Shown: positions 40,711 through 51,721, numbered from the stretch's first letter. The stretch is DNA of 64,000 nt from an uncultured delta proteobacterium (GCA_963746605.1 CAVVCH010000007.1:1620-65619); one strand, 5' to 3'. Notes: a model not told the origin generated them from the sequence alone. A program made the numbers and translations.

Positions 40711-41106
40711 ATGAGCAGATTTCTGCTGGATTCCGATGTGATCATCTGGCACCTGCGGGGCCGGAACGAAGTAACCGAGATGTTAAAGGGCCTTCAGTCC
40801 TACGGAGTTCCGGGGTGTTCCGCTATTTCCATCCTCGAAGTGGAAATGGGTATGAAGAAAAGCGAGGAGGAAAAAACGAGCCGGTTTCTGAAGGCCCTTA
40901 AGGTTTTCGAAGTTAACCGAGAAGTGGCTTCGCAAGCCGCTAAAATCGCCCGGGACCAGAAATCGAAAGGTCTGACCCTGGGACTGGGGGATGCCATTAT
41001 CGCCGGCACCTGTTTGCTAAACAACCTAACATTGGTAACCTATAATCGGAAACATTACCCTGTTGAAACCCTGGAATTTTTTACAGTTCCCCCGTTAGAC
41101 CGCTAA
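40711..41106 (+). CDS. vapC: VapC PIN-domain toxin
   Basis: FLLDSDVII, ISILE, GDAIIAGT, LVTYNRKHY. Confidence 0.9.
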   Translation: MSRFLLDSDVIIWHLRGRNEVTEMLKGLQSYGVPGCSAISILEVEMGMKKSEEEKTSRFLKALKVFEVNREVASQAAKIARDQKSKGLTLGLGDAIIAGTCLLNNLTLVTYNRKHYPVETLEFFTVPPLDR

Positions 41107-41238
41107 AACCATCCTGCCGTTTTTTTGTCGCTTTTTGGGGCCTGGGTTGACTTTATTTATAAATATAAGTTATAATAGAAAATTCGGGTCGAATGATCTT
41201 CATTGTCCCGGTAGGCTATATAGGAAGTCTTGGAAAAA

Positions 41239-41616
41239 ATGAAACCGGATTTTGAAAAAGGACGGGGGCTGCTGCCGGCCATCGCCCAGGATTGGCAGAC
41301 CGGCCAGGTCTTGATGCTGGCTTTTATGAATCAGACCGCCTGGGAAAAGACCCTGGAGACCCGCAAGGCCCATTACTGGAGCCGGAGTCGGAATGAACTC
41401 TGGTTGAAGGGGGGCACCTCCGGTCACGTTCAGGAAATTAAAGAAATCTGGATCGATTGCGACAACGACACCATTTTACTTAAAGTGGAACAAGTAGGGG
41501 GCGGGGCCTGCCATACCGGATACCGGAGCTGTTTTTTTCAGCAAGTGCAATCTGACGGCAGCCTGGAAGTGCGGGGGGAAAAGGCCTTTGATCCCGGGGA
41601 GGTCTATAAAAAGTGA
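41239..41616 (+). CDS. hisI: Phosphoribosyl-AMP cyclohydrolase
   Basis: [26 protein letters not shown]. Confidence 0.96.
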   Translation: MKPDFEKGRGLLPAIAQDWQTGQVLMLAFMNQTAWEKTLETRKAHYWSRSRNELWLKGGTSGHVQEIKEIWIDCDNDTILLKVEQVGGGACHTGYRSCFFQQVQSDGSLEVRGEKAFDPGEVYKK

Positions 41617-42488
41617 AGCCTTTGTTAAAGTTAGGTATTCCGAAGGGGAGCCTCCAGGAGGCGACCATCAAGCTGTTTCGGAAGTCCGGTTGGAAGATCG
41701 ACGTGAACAGCCGGAATTATTTCCCGGAAATGGACGACGATGAGATTCAATGCTCTATTTGCCGGGCCCAGGAGATGTCCCGGTACGTGGAGAGCGGGAC
41801 CCTGGATGTGGGCTTGACCGGGAGGGATTGGACCCTGGAAAACAACTCCAAGGTCAAAATGGTGGCCGATCTGGTGTATTCCAAGGTCAGCCAGCGACCG
41901 GCCCGCTGGGTGCTGGCGGTGGCCAATGACTCTAAATTCAAGAAACCGGAAGACCTCCGGGGGAAAAAGATCGCCACGGAATTGGTCAACTTCACCAGGC
42001 GTTACTTTGCCGAGCGGGAAATACCGGTGCGGGTGGAATTTTCCTGGGGGGCCACGGAGGCCAAGATCGCCTCGGGATTGGCCGATGCCGTGGTGGAAGT
42101 GACCGAAACCGGGAGCACCATTCACGCCCACGGTCTGAAGATCATCGAGGAATTGATGCAATCCAATACCCAGGTGATTGCCAACCGGGAATCCTGGAAG
42201 GATCCCTGGAAAAAGGAAAAGGTCAAACAGATTGTCCTCCTGCTTCAAGGGGCCATGCGGGCCGAGAAGATGGTGGGCATCAAGATGAACGTCCCCAAAG
42301 AAAAACTAAAAGAGGTGGTGCAACAACTGCCCAGTTTAAACGCCCCGACCGTAGCCAATTTATACCAGTCCGACTGGTTTTCCGTGGAAACGGTGGTCGA
42401 GGAAGCGCGGGTTCGGGAATTGATCCCGGTTTTGATCAAGAAAGGTGCCCAGGGGATCATCGAGTATCCACTGAACAAAGTGATTTGA
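41613..42488 (+). CDS. hisG: ATP phosphoribosyltransferase, long form
   Basis: [29 protein letters not shown]-terminal regulatory domain. Confidence 0.96.
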   Translation: MKPLLKLGIPKGSLQEATIKLFRKSGWKIDVNSRNYFPEMDDDEIQCSICRAQEMSRYVESGTLDVGLTGRDWTLENNSKVKMVADLVYSKVSQRPARWVLAVANDSKFKKPEDLRGKKIATELVNFTRRYFAEREIPVRVEFSWGATEAKIASGLADAVVEVTETGSTIHAHGLKIIEELMQSNTQVIANRESWKDPWKKEKVKQIVLLLQGAMRAEKMVGIKMNVPKEKLKEVVQQLPSLNAPTVANLYQSDWFSVETVVEEARVRELIPVLIKKGAQGIIEYPLNKVI

Positions 42489-42528
42489 TCGGACTTTCTA
42501 AAGGGCCTGGTCACCAGGGAATGAAACG

Positions 42529-43302
42529 ATGCCACATTCATTAAAGGGGTTCCCCCGCGGTTGGTCCGGCTGCATCCCGTGGCTGCTGATCGGCGCGTTG
42601 TGTTTTGGCTGTCAGAGTTCTCCCCAGTTGAGAGAAGAAGCCTTGAGCCACATGCGTATGGGGGATTCCCTGCTTCAGGAAGGCAAACCCACCCAGGCCC
42701 TGGGGGAGCTGCTCAAAGCCACGGAAATGGATCCGGATAACCCCCAGATCCATAACGTCCTGGGGGTGGTTTATTTGGAGAAGGGGATGGCGCCGCAAGC
42801 CGCAGAACATTTTCAGAAGGCCCTGTCCCTGGATCCTAAATATATTGAGGTCCGCAATAACCTGGGGATCGCCTACTTGAGGTCCGGGAAAACCCAGGAG
42901 GCTATCCGAGAGTTCAACCTGGCCCTTGAAAGCCCTATCTATGCCACCCCGCAGTTTGCCTATTATAATTTAGGACAGGCCTACTTAGCGCTTAAAGATT
43001 ATGAAAAGGCCCGGGCCAATTATAACGAATCCCTGAAACTATCCCCTCAGTACGGTCTGAGTTATTACGGATTGGGACTGACCTGGAAAGGGGTGGAAAA
43101 CTGGGAAAAGGCGGCCGAAGCCTTTAAAAAAACCATCGAATATGCCCCCCGGTTCGTTCCGGCCCACTTTGAACTCGGGGAAGTCCTGGTCCGGCTTAAG
43201 GAAATCCCGCTGGCCCGTCTGGCCTTCCAGGAAGTGATCCAGTTGGCGCCCGATTCGGAACAGGCCAAGAAGGCCCAAGAGAAGTTAAAGGAATTGAAAT
43301 GA
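42529..43302 (+). CDS. TPR lipoprotein (PilF/PilW-like)
   Basis: Lipobox LCFGC followed by tandem TPR motifs. Confidence 0.8.
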   Translation: MPHSLKGFPRGWSGCIPWLLIGALCFGCQSSPQLREEALSHMRMGDSLLQEGKPTQALGELLKATEMDPDNPQIHNVLGVVYLEKGMAPQAAEHFQKALSLDPKYIEVRNNLGIAYLRSGKTQEAIREFNLALESPIYATPQFAYYNLGQAYLALKDYEKARANYNESLKLSPQYGLSYYGLGLTWKGVENWEKAAEAFKKTIEYAPRFVPAHFELGEVLVRLKEIPLARLAFQEVIQLAPDSEQAKKAQEKLKELK

Positions 43303-44484
43303 ATTCGCAGTCCGCCTCCTCCGACTCGGTTTCTTTGCGGGCTCGGGAAATCACGCCCTTTATCGTCATGGATGTCCTGGAAGCCGCCCAGGCCCTGGAA
43401 AGGGCAGGGGAGACACATCATCCACCTGGAAGTGGGGGAACCGGATTTTGATACCCCGGAGTGTATCAAGGAAGCCGGTATCCGGGCGATCAGGGAAGGC
43501 AAGACCCATTACACCCACAGCCTCGGACTGCTGGAATTGCGGGAGGCCATCTGCGCCCATTACCATGAACGCTATGGGGTGGAAATTTCACCGGAACAGG
43601 TGGTCGTGACTTCCGGCACTTCCCCGGCCATGTTCATGGTCTTTTCGGCCCTGCTGGAACCGGGGGAGGAAGTGATTGTCTCCGACCCCCATTACGCCTG
43701 TTACCCCAATTTCATCCGCTTTGCCCAAGGACAGCCGATCCTGGTCCCGGTCCGGGAGGAGGACGGGTTTCAATTTTATCCCGAAGAGGTGAAAAGACGG
43801 ATCGGACCTAAGACCAAGGGAATCTTTATTAATTCTCCGGCCAATCCTACAGGCACCCTGCTTTCAGCCTCCCGCATGGAGGAATTGGCCCGCTTCTCTC
43901 CGGTCATCATCTCCGATGAAATTTACCACGGCCTGGTCTACGAAGGGCAGGAGCATTCCATCCTGGAGTTCACCGACCGGGCCTTCGTTCTCAACGGGTT
44001 TTCCAAGCTCTACGCCATGACCGGTTGGCGGCTGGGTTACCTGATTGCCCCCAAGGCCTTCGTGCGACCGCTCCAGAAGATCCATCAAAACTTTTTCATC
44101 TCGGCCAACGCCATGGCGCAGTGGGCCGGGATCGCCGCCCTGACCCAGGCCCAGGGGGATGTGGCTCGAATGCGAGAAACCTATGATCTTCGCCGGAAAG
44201 TTATGATCCGAAGGCTGAAAGAAATCGGCTTTGGGTTGGCGGTGGAACCCACAGGCGCGTTTTATGTCCTGGCCAACGCCAGAAAGTTCCATCCCGATTC
44301 CTATCGCCTGGCCTTTGATATTCTGCATAAAGCCAAGGTGGGGGTGTCCCCGGGGATCGACTTCGGGTCGGGGGGAGAAGGCTACCTTCGTTTTACCTAC
44401 GCCAATTCCCTGGAAAGAATCGAGGAAGGCCTGCGCCGTTTGGCCGATTATATAGGCGCGAAGCGCTACCAAGAGATTTCATGA
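43299..44484 (+). CDS. PLP-dependent aminotransferase class I/II; +1 frameshift ~43400
   Basis: HLEVGEPDF, NSPANPTG, SDEIY, NGFSKLYAMTGWRLG. Confidence 0.93.
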
Positions 44485-45095
44485 TCATCCGTTCGGCGGT
44501 TTTTCTCAAAAGCGGGTTAAAACAGGGAGATTTTCCTATTCTCCCCCATCCGGAAATTGCCTTTGCCGGACGTTCCAATGTAGGCAAGTCATCTCTGATC
44601 AATGCCTTGCTGGGTCGAAAACATCTGGTCCGGACCAGCCGGACTCCCGGTCAGACCCAAACCTTGAATTTTTTCTTGATCAACGAGGATCTGGTGTTTG
44701 TGGATTTGCCGGGCTATGGATATTCCCAGGCCTCCAAAGCCGTCATCCAGGCCTATCAGCAGGCCATGATGGATTATCTGCAATTCAGCCGGAAGATCAC
44801 GCTCCTGGTGCTCTTGTTGGATATCCGCCGTTCTCCCAGCGAAGAGGATCGGTTTTTTTTTCATTTGGCCCAAAATTTAGGGATTGGTCCCCTGGTGGTA
44901 CTCACCAAAGCGGATAAGATCAATCGAGGCAAATGGGGGGAGGCATTCAAGGAGATAAGACGACACCTGGATTGGGGGGAACAGGCGGCGATTTTCTTTT
45001 CCACCCGAAGCCGGCAGGGCCAGCAGGAATTATGGGCGGCACTGAGCCTACATATTCAGAACGCCCAAGACCGGGACGCACCAAAGGTGTTTTAA
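44481..45095 (+). CDS. engB: Ribosome biogenesis GTPase YihA/YsxC
   Basis: GRSNVGKS, TPGQT, DLPGYG, TKAD. Confidence 0.95.
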   Translation: MIIRSAVFLKSGLKQGDFPILPHPEIAFAGRSNVGKSSLINALLGRKHLVRTSRTPGQTQTLNFFLINEDLVFVDLPGYGYSQASKAVIQAYQQAMMDYLQFSRKITLLVLLLDIRRSPSEEDRFFFHLAQNLGIGPLVVLTKADKINRGKWGEAFKEIRRHLDWGEQAAIFFSTRSRQGQQELWAALSLHIQNAQDRDAPKVF

Positions 45096-45110
45096 AAGAA
45101 ATGACGCTTA

Positions 45111-45258
45111 GAACCCGTCGAGAAATAAGCTGTACAATACCACTAATACCTCCGCTCATGCTGAGCCTGTCGAAGCATTGCCGTATCGTTCACCCTTCGA
45201 CAAGCTCAGGGCGAACGGTTGTAGTGCCGCTTTGTCAAGGTTATTTGTTTACAGATCC
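45111..45258 (+). mobile_element. MITE family B, copy 1 (148 bp)
   Basis: TIRs gaacccgtcgagaaataa / ttatttgtttacagatcc; TTA target duplication; REP-like ctgagcctgtcgaag...cttcgacaagctcag interior; inverted copy at 55537-55683. Confidence 0.85.
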
Positions 45259-45385
45259 TTAGCCTTGGACGGCGGCACCCTGTTGGGTTGCATAATCCCA
45301 AACCGAAACTTTCGTAAGGGTCTCCACCCTGACGGGCGAAGGATCGTATCATTAACTTTTCATTATCAAGGAGGAAAACACCATC

Positions 45386-46054
45386 ATGAAGAAAAAGGTA
45401 TTCACCGTAATGGCATTTTGTTTTTTAACCCTTGGCCTTTTCAGCGGTTCCGTTTTGGCGGCACCGCCGGACAACTTCACCACCAAGATGGTGGTCAACG
45501 GCATGTCCATGCCGATGGCCAAAATGGGCCTCAAAAGCCGGGTTCAGACAGGCATGCTGCAGGATATCTACACCGTCACCGACGGAGCGACCCATAAGAC
45601 GGTCATGATCAATCCTCAGACTAAAACCTATTACGAGCAAGTGCAGCCAAAGCGCAACGAAGCCCCATCCGTTTATGATCCGAATGTGGTCATGGAGAAA
45701 AAGAAACTGGGATCGGAAACGGTGGACGGACATCCCTGTGTCAAATCGGAGATGACCTATTATCACAAGGACACTCCCACCCAGAAATTCAAGGGGATCA
45801 TCTGGGAGGCCCAGGATTTAGGGGGACTGCCGATTCGAACCGAGATCACGGTCGAGGCCATGCAAAAGGCGGGGGGAAGCGGCAAAATGGTCAGTGAAAT
45901 GAAGGAAGTCAAGGTGGGCGGGGCCACGGCGTCCATGTTTGAAGTGCCCAAAGACTACAAGAAAGTCAACAGCATGCCGGAATTGATGGGCATGGGCGGC
46001 GACATGCAAAATATGATGAAGCAGATGCAGAAGGGCAAGATGCCTAAGCAATAG
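45386..46054 (+). CDS. Secreted DUF4412-like protein
   Basis: Signal peptide; GSETVDGHPC; MFEVPKDYKK. Confidence 0.7.
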   Translation: MKKKVFTVMAFCFLTLGLFSGSVLAAPPDNFTTKMVVNGMSMPMAKMGLKSRVQTGMLQDIYTVTDGATHKTVMINPQTKTYYEQVQPKRNEAPSVYDPNVVMEKKKLGSETVDGHPCVKSEMTYYHKDTPTQKFKGIIWEAQDLGGLPIRTEITVEAMQKAGGSGKMVSEMKEVKVGGATASMFEVPKDYKKVNSMPELMGMGGDMQNMMKQMQKGKMPKQ

Positions 46055-46066
46055 GTCCGGCTTTCC

Positions 46067-46507
46067 ATGCCAAAAATCACTAAACAACGTTCCGCTCAGC
46101 GGACAAGCTTTTTGCGGGTCCGTCATTTTTGGCGCTTGCTGCTTATAGGAGCATTCCTTTTTCTCGGCGCCTGCGCCGGAATGGAGGGGAACCTTTCCCC
46201 GAAAACCCCGGGAGTGACCCTGGATACCGGGAACCTGCTGGATCAGGAAAAAAACTGGCGGGGCATGGTCCTGTGCGGACCCTTCGGGTCGCCGATTAAA
46301 GGAAAAGTCGGGGAAATAGGTTGGCGGGCTGCCGAGGAGGCCGTCCGGAATAAGATGCCCATGGTTTACTTGACCACCGACGGCTTCCAGCGTTTGGAGG
46401 TTCAGGTCCTGGAGAAGGGGGAAAAGGAACGATGCAGCCTGATCCAGGAACGCATTTATCAGGATGGCGTCCTGGTGCGGGAGGAGATCAAACGATTCTG
46501 TGAATAA
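46067..46507 (+). CDS. Hypothetical lipoprotein
   Basis: Hydrophobic stretch ending in LGAC; ORF ends before a terminator. Confidence 0.55.
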   Translation: MPKITKQRSAQRTSFLRVRHFWRLLLIGAFLFLGACAGMEGNLSPKTPGVTLDTGNLLDQEKNWRGMVLCGPFGSPIKGKVGEIGWRAAEEAVRNKMPMVYLTTDGFQRLEVQVLEKGEKERCSLIQERIYQDGVLVREEIKRFCE

Positions 46508-46521
46508 ATCGCTCGGACGGA

Positions 46522-46568
46522 CCCACAAAAAAACCAAATCGGGTGGTTTCGATTTGGTTTTTTTGTGG
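46522..46568. terminator. Bidirectional intrinsic terminator
   Basis: ccacaaaaaaaccaaatcg...cgatttggtttttttgtgg between convergent genes. Confidence 0.8.
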
Positions 46569-46580
46569 CCGGGATTCGGG

Positions 46581-47732
46581 CTACAGTGACGCTTGAAGCA
46601 GTTCGGTAATATCCTTTATTTCCAGTTGATCTTCTTTACCGGTGCCCTTGCGGCTGTCTTCAAAGAGGGAGATGCAGTAGGGGCAAGCGGTGGCTAAAAT
46701 ATCCGCCCCTTTTTCGGCGGCCTCCCGCACTTTTATATCCGAGAAGCGCTGTTCGGGCTTGGTCTCCATCCACAGGCGGCCGCCGCCCCCGCCGCAGCAG
46801 AGGCTGGTCCCTTTATTTTGTCCAAATTCGACCAACTCCGCGCCGGGGATGGCCTGGATCAGCTCCCGGGGTTGTTCGAACACTTCGTTGTGGCGGCCCA
46901 GGTAACAGGGATCGTGATAGACTACTTTTTTATTGAGGGGGTTTTTGGGGGTCAGCTTCCCTTCCTTTACCAGTTGCGTCAAGAAGAGGGAATAATGCTG
47001 GACTTCGAAGTCGGCCCCCAGTTCTTTGTAATCCTGGGTGAAGGTGGTGAAGCAGTGGGGCGAAGTGGTGATGATTTTTTTTACCCCTTTTTCCTTATAC
47101 AGAGCGATGTTTTTCTCGGCCAGCTTGGAAAACAGGGCCTCGTCGCCGATTTTGCGGACCGATTCCCCGCAGCAGGATTCCTCGTTGCCGATGATGCCGA
47201 AGCTGACCCCGGCGGCTTTCAATAGCTCCACGATCGCTCGAGCGATTTTCTGGCTCCGTTGATCGTAAGCCGAGGTGCAGCAGACAAAAAGGAAATATTC
47301 CGTATCCGGCCCGAAAGTGGGTACATCCAGGCCCTGCGTCCAGTTGATCCGCTTCTCTTTGTCCTCCGCCCAGGGATTGCCGTGGCTGTGCACACTGCCC
47401 AGGATGGGGCGCAGGTTTTGAGGAATGGCTCCGGTTTCGGCGATCATGGCCCGCATGGCCCGGATCACATCGATGATCTTGACCTGCCGGGGGCAATTGC
47501 GGACACAGAGGTTGCAGGTGGTGCAGGCATACAGGATTTCATCCGACTCGAAGCCCTCCATGCCCAGTTGTCCCATGCGGATCAGCTTGCGGACCACGAA
47601 GGGAGAGCCCTCCACCACGCGTCCCCAGGGGCATAATCCGGCGCATAGCCCGCACTGCATGCATTGGTTTAAGGTATCTCCACCCATGGCCGCGATAGCC
47701 TGGTTGACTTCCATAAAGGGGGTAATCGACAT
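46581..47732 (-). CDS. (Fe-S)-binding protein, HdrD-like
   Basis: CMQCGLCAGLCP, CTTCNLCVRNCP, ESCCG, YHDPCYLGR, CCGGGGG, TACPYC. Confidence 0.92.
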   Translation of the reverse strand: MSITPFMEVNQAIAAMGGDTLNQCMQCGLCAGLCPWGRVVEGSPFVVRKLIRMGQLGMEGFESDEILYACTTCNLCVRNCPRQVKIIDVIRAMRAMIAETGAIPQNLRPILGSVHSHGNPWAEDKEKRINWTQGLDVPTFGPDTEYFLFVCCTSAYDQRSQKIARAIVELLKAAGVSFGIIGNEESCCGESVRKIGDEALFSKLAEKNIALYKEKGVKKIITTSPHCFTTFTQDYKELGADFEVQHYSLFLTQLVKEGKLTPKNPLNKKVVYHDPCYLGRHNEVFEQPRELIQAIPGAELVEFGQNKGTSLCCGGGGGRLWMETKPEQRFSDIKVREAAEKGADILATACPYCISLFEDSRKGTGKEDQLEIKDITELLQASL

Positions 47733-47866
47733 AAAATACTCCTTTCTTGACCGAACGATCTTATTGTTATTATCTATTTAATTCAATAGGTTAATTAACG
47801 GAAACCCATTTTCTGTTGCCTTGTATCCTTAACATACCTTAAAAAGGTAAGTCAAGGGTTTTCCCC

Positions 47867-48151
47867 ATGGAAACGCCAAGGAATGAAATCCAAATTGTCG
47901 TCGAATGTTACGCCGGGTATCAGTATCCGGAACGGCCGGTGGCTTTTCGCATCCAAGACAGGAATTTTAAGGTAGAAAAAATGTTGGATCGCTGGTATGG
48001 GGAAGAAGCGCACTATTTTAAAGTATTGGCTGATGATCAACGGGTGTATTTGTTGAGCTATCGTCCGGGGCAGGATGTCTGGACTTTGAGCGGGATGTTA
48101 CCTCTCCAGGGCCATTGGTCGGGGGAGGAGGGGAAAAACAGTGTCTATTAG
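47867..48151 (+). CDS. Conserved hypothetical protein
   Basis: VECYAGY..PERPVAF...LDRWYG..YFKV pattern; overlaps next start. Confidence 0.7.
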   Translation: METPRNEIQIVVECYAGYQYPERPVAFRIQDRNFKVEKMLDRWYGEEAHYFKVLADDQRVYLLSYRPGQDVWTLSGMLPLQGHWSGEEGKNSVY

Positions 48152-49259
48152 GATCGGATTGATCCAGGGCCAGGGCCGGTATGAAAATATTCGGGCCGCC
48201 CTGGAAACCCTGGATGACGAATTTCCCGTAGGAAATCGAATCGTCATCAAACCCAATTTTGTGTCCACCACCATTCAACCGGCGGCCACCCATGTCGATG
48301 CGGTCCGGGCGGTCATTGATTTCCTGCAGGAACGGTCAAAGGCCACCATTAAGATCGCCGAAGGCGCAGCCCTGGGGGATACCTTTGAGGGATTCCGGAA
48401 CTTCGGCTACCTGGACTTGAAAAAGGAATACTCCAATTTGGAGTTCGTGGATCTCAACCGGGACATCTTCGAGACCGTCCTGCTGAAGGACAAGGGCGGA
48501 AACGGTCACCCTTTTCGCATCGCCCAGACCATCTTGCGGAGTGACCTGCGGATTTCCGTTACCCCCCCGAAAACCCATGATACCGTGGGGGTCACATTGG
48601 CAATAAAGAATATGCTGGTCGGGAGCCTGATTCGAAGCGCCCGTCTTTCCTCCTTATCCGTTTTCTGGAAACCCTTCCATTGGCTTACGGAATGGATGCC
48701 GGGGAGTATCCGGGACCTGTTTTCCTTCGAAAACCTGACCCGGCTCTTGGGGACCCGTTTTATCGGGAGTGATAAGGTCAAACTGCACCAGGGATATTTG
48801 AACCTCAACTTGTTCCTGTTCCAGTTGGCCGCCCTGATACCCCCGCACCTGGCCGTAATCGACGGTTTCGAAGGGATGGAAGGCAACGGGCCGGTCCACG
48901 GCGATCCTGTTCCCCTGGATTGGGCTTTGGCCGGGCTGAATCCTCTGACGGTGGACCGGGTAACCACCCGACTGATGGGGTTTGATCCCGAGGATATCGG
49001 CTACTTGACCTTTCTAACCGAAGCCCGGAGCGCCATGCCTAAGGAAAAGATTTCTTTCGTGGGAGATTCCCCGCAGGGATTGGGCCGGCCATTTAAACCC
49101 CACCGAAATTTTGTTCGCCAACAGGCCTGGAAGAGAGAACTGGCTGAAATCGGGGATAGCCGTTTGGCATTGGGTTTGGCCGGACATAATCCGGACCTAT
49201 TGGGAGGGAATGACGATGGACAAGATGATGCGAATTCGAATCGGGAGCCTGGCCTTTGA
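48141..49259 (+). CDS. DUF362 domain protein
   Basis: VIKPNFV, IAEG, PKTH..VTLAIKN, IDGFEGMEGNGP. Confidence 0.85.
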   Translation: MSIRIGLIQGQGRYENIRAALETLDDEFPVGNRIVIKPNFVSTTIQPAATHVDAVRAVIDFLQERSKATIKIAEGAALGDTFEGFRNFGYLDLKKEYSNLEFVDLNRDIFETVLLKDKGGNGHPFRIAQTILRSDLRISVTPPKTHDTVGVTLAIKNMLVGSLIRSARLSSLSVFWKPFHWLTEWMPGSIRDLFSFENLTRLLGTRFIGSDKVKLHQGYLNLNLFLFQLAALIPPHLAVIDGFEGMEGNGPVHGDPVPLDWALAGLNPLTVDRVTTRLMGFDPEDIGYLTFLTEARSAMPKEKISFVGDSPQGLGRPFKPHRNFVRQQAWKRELAEIGDSRLALGLAGHNPDLLGGNDDGQDDANSNREPGL

Positions 49260-49587
49260 GGCCCGGCTCAATGACACCAAGGTTGCCGGGATGATCTGGA
49301 AGGCCCTGCCTATTTCGGCCGACTTCAATTTTTGGGGGGATGAAATTTATTTTACCATTCCGGTCCGGGAAAAGACCCTGGAATTTCCAAAAGAGGTGGT
49401 CGAGGCCGGGGATCTGGGCTATTGGCCGGACGGCTCCTGTTTTTGTATTTTTTACGGGATGACCCCCATCAGCAGTCTGGGTAAGATCAAACCGGCCAGC
49501 CCGGTGGAGGTGATCGGCCGGGTGGAGGACTACGAAAGGTTTAAAGCGCTTACCGGAGCGGGGAAGATTACGCTGGAGCGAGTTTGA
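49216..49587 (+). CDS. Cyclophilin-like fold protein
   Basis: WGDEIYF, GDLGYWPDG..FCIFYG.TP, PASPVEVIG. Confidence 0.85.
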   Translation: MDKMMRIRIGSLAFEARLNDTKVAGMIWKALPISADFNFWGDEIYFTIPVREKTLEFPKEVVEAGDLGYWPDGSCFCIFYGMTPISSLGKIKPASPVEVIGRVEDYERFKALTGAGKITLERV

Positions 49588-49601
49588 GGAAGAAGATCGA
49601 C

Positions 49602-49655
49602 AAGGCCGATACTGGAAACCGGAATGGCTAGCCAGTATCGGCCTTTCTTTTTTTC
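49602..49655. terminator. Intrinsic terminator between convergent genes
   Basis: aaggccgatactgg...ccagtatcggcctt followed by T-tract. Confidence 0.75.
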
Positions 49656-50372
49656 CTAATCCAATTTAATCGAATCCTTGGTCTTTTCCCGTCGGTTGGA
49701 CTCCTTCTTATTATAGCTCGCCATGCAGGAATCATTTTGCCCCTTGGTCAGCGAGCAAACCAGATAATCCGAGATTTCGATGATGCAGGCTCGTATGGCC
49801 TTGCCCGTGGGGGTTTTCTCGTATTTCCCCAGGTCGCCGGATAGAATCCCGATGTGTCCCCCCAGGCTGAACCCGCTGGACTCCGAGGTAGCTTCCACGG
49901 TCCGGCTGTCCGCGATTTCCCCGGTATCGGTGTCGATTATCTTCAGATCCACGGCCATATAGGCCCTTTCCTGTTTCCCGCCGACTCGAAAGCCCATGAT
50001 CCCGATCCCGCCGCCGGTGCCCTGGGTATTCTCCTCGAAAGCGGAGACGGTGGCGGCTACCAGATACTTGGCCCCCTTAATTTTTCCGATTTTAGCCTTG
50101 GTCCGCGGATCGATCCGCCCGGAGGCTCCCAGATCCTGCTCCCCGATGACGGCATTGATTTCTTTTCGTTCCAATACCTGAAAAGCCTTGGTGGAGGCCA
50201 GTTCATTGACCAGCATGTCCTGGAGATCATAGCCCATGTTCCCTCGCCACCAACCGGCGGAGGTCTGGTTGGTGAACCGCAGCACCCCGAGGCGGGGCTT
50301 TTCCTGAGCCTCGGCCAGACAAAAAGAAAAAACAATCGTGAAAACAAACAACAGCGCAATGACTTTTTTCAT
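49656..50372 (-). CDS. CsgG/HfaB family protein
   Basis: Signal peptide; FQVLERKE...EQDL, GKIKGAKYLV, VDLKIIDTDTGEI. Confidence 0.85.
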   Translation of the reverse strand: MKKVIALLFVFTIVFSFCLAEAQEKPRLGVLRFTNQTSAGWWRGNMGYDLQDMLVNELASTKAFQVLERKEINAVIGEQDLGASGRIDPRTKAKIGKIKGAKYLVAATVSAFEENTQGTGGGIGIMGFRVGGKQERAYMAVDLKIIDTDTGEIADSRTVEATSESSGFSLGGHIGILSGDLGKYEKTPTGKAIRACIIEISDYLVCSLTKGQNDSCMASYNKKESNRREKTKDSIKLD

Positions 50373-50567
50373 GGTACCTCCTGATTCAATGAAATGAACT
50401 CGTCCTTTTCTGAGCAGAAAAATAGCCCAATCCGATTAAAAAAACAACCCTTAACCCGCTTACCTTTTTTTTCATTCTCAAGGAGTTTCATTCTTATTAT
50501 CGGGCGAACATAAAAATATTTAAGAAAATAGTTTATAAATAGGGGCCGAGGGATTCTAAAGCTCCGA

Positions 50568-50627
50568 TCTCTGTCATCCGTCATCCGTCATCTGCCCTCT
50601 GTCATCCGTCATCTGCCCTCTGTCGTT
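50568..50627 (+). repeat. CTGTCAT/CCGTCAT heptamer tandem array (right-arm orientation)
   Basis: ctctgtcatccgtcatccgtcatctgccctctgtcatccgtcatctgccctctgtcgt. Confidence 0.85.
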
Positions 50628-51028
50628 CTATCCCGCCTCGAGCATCCAGAAATGACGTTTTAATTATTCATCAAACAGGAGTTCGGGAAGTAAAACCAAT
50701 GTCGGGAAATAGACTAAAAAAAACCGGCTTATCGGATAGTTGCCAGGTAGGATAAACCTAGAGTTGTTCTTGAATTTATAAAAATGGTAGAGTATAATAA
50801 ATATTTCTATAATTGGCTTGACGGGTTATGGCACATGGCAATTCATCTCATAGCTCATGGCGAAAATACAGGGTACAAGGGCTTTATCTGAAAACGCCTA
50901 CTTTTGATAAATAGTTTCCATCGTTCTCTTATACTATTTATCGAAGAAGGCATGGGAAAGAATGTGAAGAAGAGGACAATTTCAAGGAAGAAATTCTGAC
51001 ACCCCATTCCTAAAGTAAAGGACAACGC

Positions 51029-51721
51029 ATGAAGAAGATCTTTGTTCCCTTCTGGATACTGAGTATTTTTCTGCTGTTCACCTCTTGCACGGCGGCGGTC
51101 AAAACGTCAGGGGCGCTGAACGTCCAGCCTGACCCGGCCCGGGATTATCAGATCCAAGTGGGCGATGCCCTGGACATCAAGTTTTTCTACCACCCCGAAT
51201 TGAACGAGTCGGTAGTGGTCCGGCCGGACGGCCGGATTTCACTCCAGTTGGTACACGAGGTCCAGGCCTCGGGCCTGACCCCGGAAACGTTGCGGGAAAA
51301 CCTCCGGGGAAAATACGAGCCACAAATCAGTAAACCGGAGATCGCCGTCATCGTCCGGTCCTTCACCGCCCAGAAGGTATACGTCGACGGGGAGGTGGCC
51401 AAGCCCGGGCTGATCCCCCTGACCGGCCGGATGACGGTCCTCCAGTCCATCGCCTCGGCCGGGGGATTGAAAGACACGGCCCGGACCAACGAGATCATCC
51501 TCATCCGCCGTGGCCCGGAAAACCGGCCGGCCTCAATGCTGGTGAACGTGGAAAAGGCGATCGACGGCAGCGATCCCTCACAGGACCTCTCGCTGCAGCC
51601 GGCGGATATCGTCTATGTCCCCAAGTCCCCGATCGCCAACGTCAACGTGTGGATTGACCAGTACATCCGGAAGAACATCCCGATCCAGTTGGGGCTTTAT
51701 TATAATTTAGTGCCGTACTAG
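51029..51721 (+). CDS. Polysaccharide export outer-membrane lipoprotein (Wza-like)
   Basis: Lipobox FTSC; YQIQVGD, VRPDGRIS, VYVDGEVAKPG, LQPADIVYVP. Confidence 0.92.
   Translation: MKKIFVPFWILSIFLLFTSCTAAVKTSGALNVQPDPARDYQIQVGDALDIKFFYHPELNESVVVRPDGRISLQLVHEVQASGLTPETLRENLRGKYEPQISKPEIAVIVRSFTAQKVYVDGEVAKPGLIPLTGRMTVLQSIASAGGLKDTARTNEIILIRRGPENRPASMLVNVEKAIDGSDPSQDLSLQPADIVYVPKSPIANVNVWIDQYIRKNIPIQLGLYYNLVPY

Noticed and set aside
50828-50860. Sigma-54 promoter (TGGCAC) upstream of the EPS operon
   Set aside because: No GC at the -12 position; the sequence fits a degenerate AGCTCAT/ATGGCAC heptamer arm better.
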